From NCBI GenBank assembly GCA_965225855.1, contig CBDDCK010000005.1:1061509-1125508 (forward strand): a DNA stretch of 64,000 bases. Direction: 5' to 3'. A program made the position numbers and the translations under genes. This stretch comes from Spirochaetia bacterium (lineage in GTDB: Bacteria; Spirochaetota; Spirochaetia; SP-2023). Shown here piece after piece: positions 30,801-38,568 of the stretch. Positions within the stretch are counted from its first letter, which is position 1; every line of letters begins with the position of its first letter. The notes beneath the pieces are model-generated. The model was given only the letters and a program-made list of their open reading frames with translations, did no database searches and had not been told where the DNA came from.

Positions 30801-33176
30801 ACGCCGAATCTACAACAGTAGAAATTAAATAGTGTCCTTAGACCGTCCAACGATAACGGATATAACGAAACATCTACAACAGTAGAAATTAAATAGTGTC
30901 CTTAGACATCATATCAATAATTTATATTCTTTAATCTACAACAGTAGAAATTAAATAGTGTCCTTAGACATTGAACGGCAAGCAGGCCTAAATAGTATCT
31001 ACAACAGTAGAAATTAAATAGTGTCCTTAGACATTAAAAGATGTTACTTTTGGCCAAAGTATCTACAACAGTAGAAATTAAATAGTGTCCTTAGACCTAG
31101 CACTAGCACTAGCACACAAACAATCTACAACAGTAGAAATTAAATAGTGTCCTTAGACTATACTACGAGGGCAGTCCTTTGTTCCCATCTACAACAGTAG
31201 AAATTAAATAGTGTCCTTAGACTCCGTCACACAAGGAAAAAACGATAGATCTACAACAGTAGAAATTAAATAGTGTCCTTAGACCTCCGAAACCTTAACA
31301 CCAGCAGACTTGATCTACAACAGTAGAAATTAAATAGTGTCCTTAGACAACCTTCACACCCATTCTCTACAATCATCTACAACAGTAGAAATTAAATAGT
31401 GTCCTTAGACTATTGCCATAAATGCCGATACTATAAATCTACAACAGTAGAAATTAAATAGTGTCCTTAGACTTCTGTAGCCTTGGATAAGGCTGCTTTA
31501 TCTACAACAGTAGAAATTAAATAGTGTCCTTAGACCCTTTTAGGGTGCTTGGGGGACTGGTATAATCTACAACAGTAGAAATTAAATAGTGTCCTTAGAC
31601 ATAAATTGGAATTATAACATGCTATCTATCTACAACAGTAGAAATTAAATAGTGTCCTTAGACCAACCTGCCATCCTCACACAGCCCTAATCTACAACAG
31701 TAGAAATTAAATAGTGTCCTTAGACTCATAATCCTTATTAAATCTCTCTTTCTAATCTACAACAGTAGAAATTAAATAGTGTCCTTAGACTATATGGTTG
31801 CTATGAATAAACATACATATCTACAACAGTAGAAATTAAATAGTGTCCTTAGACCGAAAAGTTAAGTATGGAAGAACTAAAAATCTACAACAGTAGAAAT
31901 TAAATAGTGTCCTTAGACTTCTCGCCACCTGCAAGCAATTCAATATCTACAACAGTAGAAATTAAATAGTGTCCTTAGACATTCCCCGCAGTCTTATAAG
32001 CACTGCCATCTACAACAGTAGAAATTAAATAGTGTCCTTAGACATACCAATATAAAACCTAAAAACAACCATCTACAACAGTAGAAATTAAATAGTGTCC
32101 TTAGACGACCCAATGGGTGCTGGTGCTAGTATGCTATCTACAACAGTAGAAATTAAATAGTGTCCTTAGACAATGCACAATCTGCAGGAAAGATTTATCT
32201 ACAACAGTAGAAATTAAATAGTGTCCTTAGACAGGCTCAATATAAGAATCGTGTTCTGATCTACAACAGTAGAAATTAAATAGTGTCCTTAGACCTGAAA
32301 TTCCAGCAAGTGCCCGCAAGAGGATCTACAACAGTAGAAATTAAATAGTGTCCTTAGACTTGGCACCAGCTAAACTACTGGAAATATATCTACAACAGTA
32401 GAAATTAAATAGTGTCCTTAGACTAGAAAATATTGCTACTTCCGAGAGAATCTACAACAGTAGAAATTAAATAGTGTCCTTAGACATATCGGCTTTAGAT
32501 GTTGGCTTTGGATCTACAACAGTAGAAATTAAATAGTGTCCTTAGACTTTAATAATTTATGTAAAATAAAATTATATCTACAACAGTAGAAATTAAATAG
32601 TGTCCTTAGACAAAAAACAAACACCCGAACAGCTTGCATCTACAACAGTAGAAATTAAATAGTGTCCTTAGACAACCTAAGGAAACAAGGAAACCTAAGA
32701 TCTACAACAGTAGAAATTAAATAGTGTCCTTAGACACTAACACAAGCAAGCATAAACAGGATCTACAACAGTAGAAATTAAATAGTGTCCTTAGACAAGA
32801 AATTGAAAATATTCTAATCTTAAATCTACAACAGTAGAAATTAAATAGTGTCCTTAGACATATCGACAACTTAAGAAAACACTTAAGATCTACAACAGTA
32901 GAAATTAAATAGTGTCCTTAGACAGATAATTCGCTTTTGGATTCATCTATATCTACAACAGTAGAAATTAAATAGTGTCCTTAGACAAGTCTAAATAATA
33001 ATTTGCCAGATTTAATCTACAACAGTAGAAATTAAATAGTGTCCTTAGACAGTTTTTTGAAGACCTTTCTGGTACGATCTACAACAGTAGAAATTAAATA
33101 GTGTCCTTAGACTTGAAGGAATTGAGGAGGGATGATAATAATCTACAACAGTAGAAATTAAATAGTGTCCTTAGAC
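12832..33176 (-). CRISPR. Type V-A CRISPR array, about 323 repeats and about 322 spacers (20,345 bp)
   Basis: The 36-nt repeat is ATCTACAACAGTAGAAATTAAATAGTGTCCTTAGAC on the plus strand. Its minus-strand form is GTCTAAGGACACTATTTAATTTCTACTGTTGTAGAT, ending in the canonical Cas12a 5' handle AAUUUCUACUGUUGUAGAU, so crRNAs come from the minus strand. Spacers are 25-34 nt (mean about 27). First repeat 12832-12867, last repeat 33141-33176. Counted by a manual walk, so possibly off by a few. I saw no variant repeat. Confidence 0.98.
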
Positions 33177-33196
33177 TGTTCAATTTCACTCTCTTT

Positions 33197-33454
33197 TTAT
33201 CGATTTTTACTATCGTAGCGGTCGATTTTTCCGCATAGCCCATATTTTTCAGAATACGCAAAAATAGACTGGAACATCGATTTTGCTGTGCTGTATTTTT
33301 GCTTATCAATATTTATGTGAGCAGCCAGTCCTCTGCGCTGGGGCTCTTCATGATAGAAGTAGGTTGAGGTCTGTCCGTACAGTTGGTGAAAATAGAGCGA
33401 CCTAGGGCAAAACATAAAATCATTTAGATATGAAATGGGAATATAACTTTCCAA
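33197..33454 (-). pseudogene. cas4: cas4 N-terminal fragment (about 85 codons), truncated just before the first CRISPR repeat
   Basis: 'ISYLNDFMFCPRSLYFHQLYG' (Cas4 N-terminal Cys region) and '...YGLCGKIDRYD' (RecB-like motif II region), then a stop. The rest of the RecB nuclease core and the C-terminal Cys cluster are missing. The ORF ends 21 nt from repeat 33141-33176. TTG start. Confidence 0.7.
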
Positions 33455-33551
33455 AATAAAATTACCTTAGAATTTTTTAAAAAATATACTGTGAAACTAT
33501 TTTAGAAAAGCAACCAACCTGCGCTAAATTATCAAAGAACTTTTTATGTAC

Positions 33552-34067
33552 TCATACGAATAGAAAGAAAAGCAAACCGATTTTATGAATAAGAGAAAGG
33601 AGACGGCTTAAAGATTCTAACTGCTGCTCATATACATATTGCTTTATCATTTCCAATCCTCCCAAATCCATTATATAAGATGAAAATCCTGAAGATTTTG
33701 CCGTTAATTGTTTTAGATGTTCTTCAAACTTTTCCCATTCATTGTTCATTCTACCAGTATTTTGTTGCTCAAGTCCATAAGTTTTTAAAGCATGATAAGA
33801 TAAAGCAATGGTTTCGATATGAACAAAAAGGCAAAGAGGTAAGCTGTCTATTTTCTTATTATCAAAGTAATGCAACTCCCTTAGTAAGGGATATGTTCCT
33901 TTTCCAGCTGCAATTTTCTTTTTTTGCCTTTCTGCTAACTTCTTGTAGAGTTTATATAATTGTTTGTGGTCTAATGCTACAACCACACCACAAACAAAAG
34001 ATTTAAGCTTTTTATCAAAAAGGTCAAATTTACCAGTTTCATCAAGGCCTACATACCATGTTGTCAT
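33552..34067 (-). CDS. Hypothetical protein (171 aa) inside the CRISPR-Cas island
   Basis: ORF with low GC like the cas genes. The N-terminal 'WYVGLDETGKF' weakly recalls the DESG start of DUF3800 or RNase-H-like folds. No confident family assignment. Confidence 0.4.
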   Translation of the reverse strand: MTTWYVGLDETGKFDLFDKKLKSFVCGVVVALDHKQLYKLYKKLAERQKKKIAAGKGTYPLLRELHYFDNKKIDSLPLCLFVHIETIALSYHALKTYGLEQQNTGRMNNEWEKFEEHLKQLTAKSSGFSSYIMDLGGLEMIKQYVYEQQLESLSRLLSLIHKIGLLFFLFV

Positions 34068-34189
34068 TACAAAACCTGCCTAATTTTTTTAATATTGTAA
34101 AAAGTTAACCAAAATACTGATTTTTGATTTTTTGGCAACTTAGGTGATTATTGACCATATAAGTCTTATCATATCCAAATGATATAAAA

Positions 34190-34226
34190 ACCCAACAAAG
34201 TAGAAATAAAATATTGTCCTAAATTA
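34190..34226 (-). repeat. Orphan degenerate CRISPR repeat (pseudo-repeat)
   Basis: Plus strand CAACA-AA-GTAGAAAT-A-AAATA-T-TGTCCT aligns to repeat CAACA-GTAGAAAT-T-AAATA-G-TGTCCT. That is 24 matches, 2 mismatches and one 2-nt insertion. The hairpin part of the handle is disrupted. It lies 1,014 nt beyond the array end and abuts the fabF-like stop codon. Confidence 0.75.
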
Positions 34227-35513
34227 GGATTCAAAACGTTTGATTAACGAACAGCAGTTAATGCCACCGAAACCAAAAGAATTTTTGAGCATCAAATTGA
34301 TATGATGCTCTACGACTTTATTGGCACAAAGCTCTAATCCTTCAATTTCAGGGTCGGGATCATCAAGGTTGATAGTCGGGTGCAGCTTGCCGTATTGCAT
34401 GGACTTCAAAGCCCCAACAGTTTCCACCAAGGGGGAAGCCCAACAAGTATGCCCTAACATGGACTTAGGCGCATTGAGCTTAATGTTGGCAATATGTGGG
34501 CCAAACACATTTTTCAAAGCCAAGATTTCCTGTAAATCCCCCTCATAAGTACTGGTAGCATGGCAGTTGATATAATCAATTTGTTCGGGATCAACGCCGG
34601 CCATAGCCAAAGCTTTTTTTATTACATGTTCTTGATGTTTAGCACCGGGGAGCGGCAAATGATTGGCATTGGCGTTGGCAGCAACCCCCAGCAATTCACC
34701 ATAAATTTTGGCATTGCGTCTTTCAGCCCGCTCTAAAGTTTCCAAAACCAAAGTGGCCCCACCATGGGAATATAAAAAACCACAGCGGCCTTTATCAAAC
34801 GGACGCGATGCCCTAGCGGGTTGATTTTGATATTCAGGTTTTATCACCACCGCACTCAAAACAATGGAAGCTTGAATATCGGCTGGAGAAACATCAAAAG
34901 GAGGGCCTACCACTAAAGCTGTATCGCATTCGCCAGACATAATGTCGATATAGCCTTGACGCAAGGCCAAGTTACCACTGGCACAAGCACCACCTAAAGT
35001 AAACGAGGGCCCGTGCAAACCTAAAGTTTCTGAAATAATAGCAGGTAAATTGGGGTCAATCGCGTCAATACTGGAAAGCGGCTCAATAAAATCAGGGTCT
35101 TTCATAAAATTGCGATAATTTTCAAAAATGTAGTTTGAATTAAAATTGTGCCCAGCCACAGGTAAACTGACATTGCGCAAATCAAAAGGCGGTGTTTCAA
35201 AAAGTTTTGCATCTTCCCAAGCTTGCATGGTAGCAATCAAAGCCATTTTTGCCGAAAATGTAGTACCGCGGAACAGCTTGCGTACAGCCTTGAGTTTCTG
35301 GTCTTCAAAATATTGCCAAAATGGTTGCATCGCAGTAGCAGTATCAAAATAACCCATATCGCCACCAATTTGGCATTCGAGCGCGCTCATATCCAAACTT
35401 TGCCAGCGGTTTATACCGGATTTTCCCATCAAGAGATTTTGGTAAAATTCTTCTGAATTGGCACCCAAAGGGTTTACCGTGCCGATGCCTGTAATCACAA
35501 TTCGATTTTTCAT
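34224..35513 (-). CDS. Beta-ketoacyl-[ACP] synthase (KAS I/II family)
   Basis: Active-site 'GGACASGNLAL' (Cys), 'INCHATSTYEGD' (His), 'KSMLGHTCWAS' (His) and C-terminal 'NSFGFGGINCC'. Confidence 0.85.
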   Translation of the reverse strand: MKNRIVITGIGTVNPLGANSEEFYQNLLMGKSGINRWQSLDMSALECQIGGDMGYFDTATAMQPFWQYFEDQKLKAVRKLFRGTTFSAKMALIATMQAWEDAKLFETPPFDLRNVSLPVAGHNFNSNYIFENYRNFMKDPDFIEPLSSIDAIDPNLPAIISETLGLHGPSFTLGGACASGNLALRQGYIDIMSGECDTALVVGPPFDVSPADIQASIVLSAVVIKPEYQNQPARASRPFDKGRCGFLYSHGGATLVLETLERAERRNAKIYGELLGVAANANANHLPLPGAKHQEHVIKKALAMAGVDPEQIDYINCHATSTYEGDLQEILALKNVFGPHIANIKLNAPKSMLGHTCWASPLVETVGALKSMQYGKLHPTINLDDPDPEIEGLELCANKVVEHHINLMLKNSFGFGGINCCSLIKRFES

Positions 35514-35605
35514 ATTGTACTCCGCTTAGCTTCGTGTTTCGTTTCCGTTTTAATTTAGTTTTGCAGCGTTCACAAAATTTGTAGTGGACTTGCCAAACCA
35601 AATAT

Positions 35606-36547
35606 TTATTTTGTAAAGGCTTTTATCTGTGTCAAAGTGCCCAAAGGTATACAAGGTTCTTTTCGCAGGAACTGCTTCCACAAACCACTGAGCACCGCAC
35701 CTGGACCAATTTCCAATGCTTGGCCACAGCCATCGGCTTTTAAGGCTTTTTCAATATCGAGCCACCGCACCAGACTATAAATTTGCTGTAATTCCATTTC
35801 TAGTAAATTGCTATCCGGTTCAACTTTCTGGCCACTGACATTGGAATATAGGCTCAATTGGGGGGCATTCAATTGTATTTTGCTGCGCAAAAAGGGGCCA
35901 AATTCTTTAGCCGCTTGCTCCATCAATGGTGTGTGAAACGGCCCGCTAACTTTTAAAATTACATATTTCATGGCACCCGCTACATCAAGAATGGCTTGCG
36001 CTTCGGCAATAGCAGTATTGCTGCCTGCAATGACAATTTGTTTTGCAGCGTTGTGATTGGCAATATAAATGGGCTTGCCGTTATCCTGCATAGGTAGCAG
36101 AGCTTTGGCTACTTCGTCATAATCCAAGCCTAGCACAGCAGCCATGCCACCACCGCCTATTTCTGTGTTAATTTGTTGAGTGCATTTATCCATCAGCTTA
36201 CTGCGTTCAACCACAGCGCGAAATATGTCCTCGGTAGATAATACTCCCGCATACCACAATGCTGAATATTCCCCCAAGCTATGACCTGCTGTGGCAACCG
36301 CTTTAAGACCTTTTTCGCGCAATACTGTAGCTACACTCAAATTAACCAAAGTAATTCCGGGCTGGGCAATATTGGTTTGCTTTAGTTGATCTTCACCACC
36401 TTCAAATAGAATTTTTTTAAAATCCAATAAAGCTATATCGCTAGCACACTCGAACAATCCCCGAACATTGGCAAAACTATCATAAAAATCTTGCCCCATA
36501 CCCGGATACTGGGCCCCTTGACCGGGAAATAAGAATATATAGCTCAT
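35606..36547 (-). CDS. fabD: Malonyl-CoA:ACP transacylase
   Basis: 'FLFPGQGAQYPGMG' N-terminus and the nucleophile elbow 'GHSLGEYSAL'. About 313 aa, the typical FabD size. Confidence 0.9.
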   Translation of the reverse strand: MSYIFLFPGQGAQYPGMGQDFYDSFANVRGLFECASDIALLDFKKILFEGGEDQLKQTNIAQPGITLVNLSVATVLREKGLKAVATAGHSLGEYSALWYAGVLSTEDIFRAVVERSKLMDKCTQQINTEIGGGGMAAVLGLDYDEVAKALLPMQDNGKPIYIANHNAAKQIVIAGSNTAIAEAQAILDVAGAMKYVILKVSGPFHTPLMEQAAKEFGPFLRSKIQLNAPQLSLYSNVSGQKVEPDSNLLEMELQQIYSLVRWLDIEKALKADGCGQALEIGPGAVLSGLWKQFLRKEPCIPLGTLTQIKAFTK

Positions 36548-36601
36548 TACATTTTCCTTTAATACTAGCTTCTACTTAAATTGCAAAAGCAATCTTATTG
36601 G

Positions 36602-37771
36602 TTAAACTATTTTTCGGAAAGTCTTATAGTTGCGGTAACACCAAAAGTTCATGTTATCCAGCATTTTCAGCAATTTGTCGTTGTCTTCGGTGATAAATGA
36701 CATATCGGCATGCAAATAACCCATTTCGACTCCTGTGGTGTAGGCTTCACACAACATTATGGCTTCTATGCCTCTTTTCTGAAATTTTTCTCGCACACCC
36801 AAAATTGCTAACCGCAACCATTTACCCCCTTTGCGAACTTTGAGTAAACGCCCAATTAAGGCTGGGCTCAAATGCCCACTGGAATGAATTAAAGCCTCAT
36901 TGACATTGGGCAAAGGAATCACAAAGCCGGCAGGCTCTCCTTTAATAAAAGCGATTTTAGCTAGTTTGGTGTTGGCAATCATTTTTAAGTTTTTGGCCAT
37001 AAAGCAAAATTCATCTTTAGGCCAAGGCACAAATTCACGGTGATCGAGCCACGCTTCATTCCATATTTGGCGGATATACTCTACATCTGTCCAAAAATTT
37101 TGCATATTGATAGGGCGAATCTCTAAATCTTTATTGTGCTCTTTGGCAAGTTTTGCCACGCGGAAAGCTCGTTCAGAGGGTTTATGCACATCGCGATCAA
37201 TACGATAAGCATAAAATTCCATTTCTTTTTCCCAACCATCGGTACTTTGGAAAAAATTTAGGTAATACTCGGGGTTGTATGGAGTTTGCACTACTGGAGG
37301 CTCGATAAAATGGTTGCATAAGAAACCAATAATATGGTTAGGGCTGGGGCTAATTGGGCCAATCATTTCTTTTAAGCCATGTTCACAGCACCAATGGAGA
37401 GCAGCTTGGCTCAAGGCTTTGGCAACCTTGGCATCGTTAATACACTCAAAAAAACCAAAATAACCTGCTAAGCGTTGCCGTGTTTGAATATACATATCAT
37501 CTTTGATCGCAGCAATGCGCCCGAGAACTTGGCCATTGCGCCAAGCCAAAAAAGGTTGAATGATAGAATGTTTGTGTATTGGATGTTTTTTGGGGTTCAT
37601 CAGTTCAAATTCATCTAACCACATCGGTGGTACCCAGTAAGGGTCTTTTAGCCCACCGGCATAACCAGAATACAGATTGCCACGATATAATTTTTTGGGG
37701 AAATAAATAAATAGCTTTAGGTGCTTGCGGTCCTTTAAAGCCACAGTTTGGATTTGGATATTGTCAGACAA
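36602..37771 (-). CDS. GNAT-like N-acetyltransferase family protein (putative)
   Basis: 389-aa ORF. The C-terminal 'LAILGVREKFQKRGIEAIM' resembles the GNAT acetyl-CoA motif A (R/Q-x-x-G-x-G/A). The family call is tentative. Confidence 0.5.
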   Translation of the reverse strand: MSDNIQIQTVALKDRKHLKLFIYFPKKLYRGNLYSGYAGGLKDPYWVPPMWLDEFELMNPKKHPIHKHSIIQPFLAWRNGQVLGRIAAIKDDMYIQTRQRLAGYFGFFECINDAKVAKALSQAALHWCCEHGLKEMIGPISPSPNHIIGFLCNHFIEPPVVQTPYNPEYYLNFFQSTDGWEKEMEFYAYRIDRDVHKPSERAFRVAKLAKEHNKDLEIRPINMQNFWTDVEYIRQIWNEAWLDHREFVPWPKDEFCFMAKNLKMIANTKLAKIAFIKGEPAGFVIPLPNVNEALIHSSGHLSPALIGRLLKVRKGGKWLRLAILGVREKFQKRGIEAIMLCEAYTTGVEMGYLHADMSFITEDNDKLLKMLDNMNFWCYRNYKTFRKIV

Positions 37772-37870
37772 AATGATTCCTCATAGTTTCGGATTTGTAA
37801 ATGGACTGCACACGCCCAAACGATAAATATTGGCACTTTATACGAAAAAGCAATATTTAAAAAGTAAAGG

Positions 37871-38416
37871 TCAAATCAAAACCGAGGCCAACATGCATAA
37901 ATAACAACAAACCACCAGTAAGCTCGCACTAAGACTTAAAAAATCACTATGGCCAAATAACTGGGAACGTTACCCTGAATAGCCAGCCCTTGAGCAATAT
38001 AACTGGCTAGTATACAATGTAAAACCTAGCATACCACCAATACTAGCAAAACTGTTATTGTCAATAGCAGCGGGTTTGCCCAATTCTGAAGGATAAAATG
38101 ATATTCCCATTCCATGCAGAGAAAACCTTGGGCCAAGTTGACCAAACTGGTGCAGGGTGTTGGGATAATCTATTGGATTGGTTTACCAATCAAAACTTTG
38201 GCTATTGGGGACTAAACCGTAATTAGTATTCTTGCCAAAATCAGAACCATAATCTGTACCAAAAACAGGAAGCTCATCTGGATTTTGCTGTTGTTGAGCT
38301 GCTAAATCGGCCAAACTAATCAAGAGAAAGGCACAGCACAGTAAAAATCTTAGAAGTCGATACCAACTGTATTTTAAGTAAAAATCTAGCATAAAAAACT
38401 CCATAAAGTATTGCAA
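37871..38416 (-). pseudogene. Secreted or outer-membrane-like protein gene interrupted by in-frame stops
   Basis: The 77-aa ORF (38183-38416) has a signal-peptide-like N-terminus. The same frame continues past the TAA at 38183-38185 for 70 codons (TNPIDYPNTLHQFGQLGPRFSLHGMGISFYP...GFTLYTSQ..), then past a TAA at 37970-37972 for 32 more codons to a TGA at 37871. Confidence 0.35.
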
Positions 38417-38568
38417 GCAGTTTTCAGAAATTTCAAGTAAATTCTAAAAATTTTTTAACTATTAGTACAGCCCCCATACAATATAACCATTGCGACCTAG
38501 ACTATTATTGCTGTATAATGCCTTGTATTTTGTGATTTGAATAAAATCTGTATTGTAGGCCATAGATA

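Larger units (their letters stand above)
4409..34226 (-). other. AT-rich type V-A CRISPR-Cas island (compositional island)
   Basis: Sampled 60-nt lines inside the cas genes are about 25% GC, against about 42% in flanking housekeeping genes. Bounded on the left by the end of the second effector gene and on the right by an orphan degenerate repeat abutting the fabF-like stop codon. Confidence 0.6.

Noticed and set aside
31473-31499. Spacer TTCTGTAGCCTTGGATAAGGCTGCTTT looked like a self-targeting match to the host hairpin CAGCCTTGGTAT..ATACCAAGGCTG.
   Set aside because: Only short palindromic cores (AGCCTTGG and AAGGCTGC) are shared, with no contiguous match of useful length. I found no spacer with a clear match elsewhere in this window by eye, though an exhaustive comparison needs a computer.
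35344-35601. The 85-aa ORF overlapping the start of the KAS gene, together with nested ORFs in housekeeping genes (2589-2792, 3125-3362, 34321-34548, 35146-35456, 37275-37463, 39182-39653, 41559-42014, 46246-46934, 49067-49436, 53457-53726, 54236-56371, 60830-61985).
   Set aside because: All are nested within or antisense to ORFs with strong family motifs, and none has features of its own.
38183-38185. The idea that the in-frame TAA codons in 37871-38416 reflect stop-codon reassignment.
   Set aside because: TAA terminates many well-supported genes in this window, so standard decoding applies. A pseudogene is the simpler explanation.
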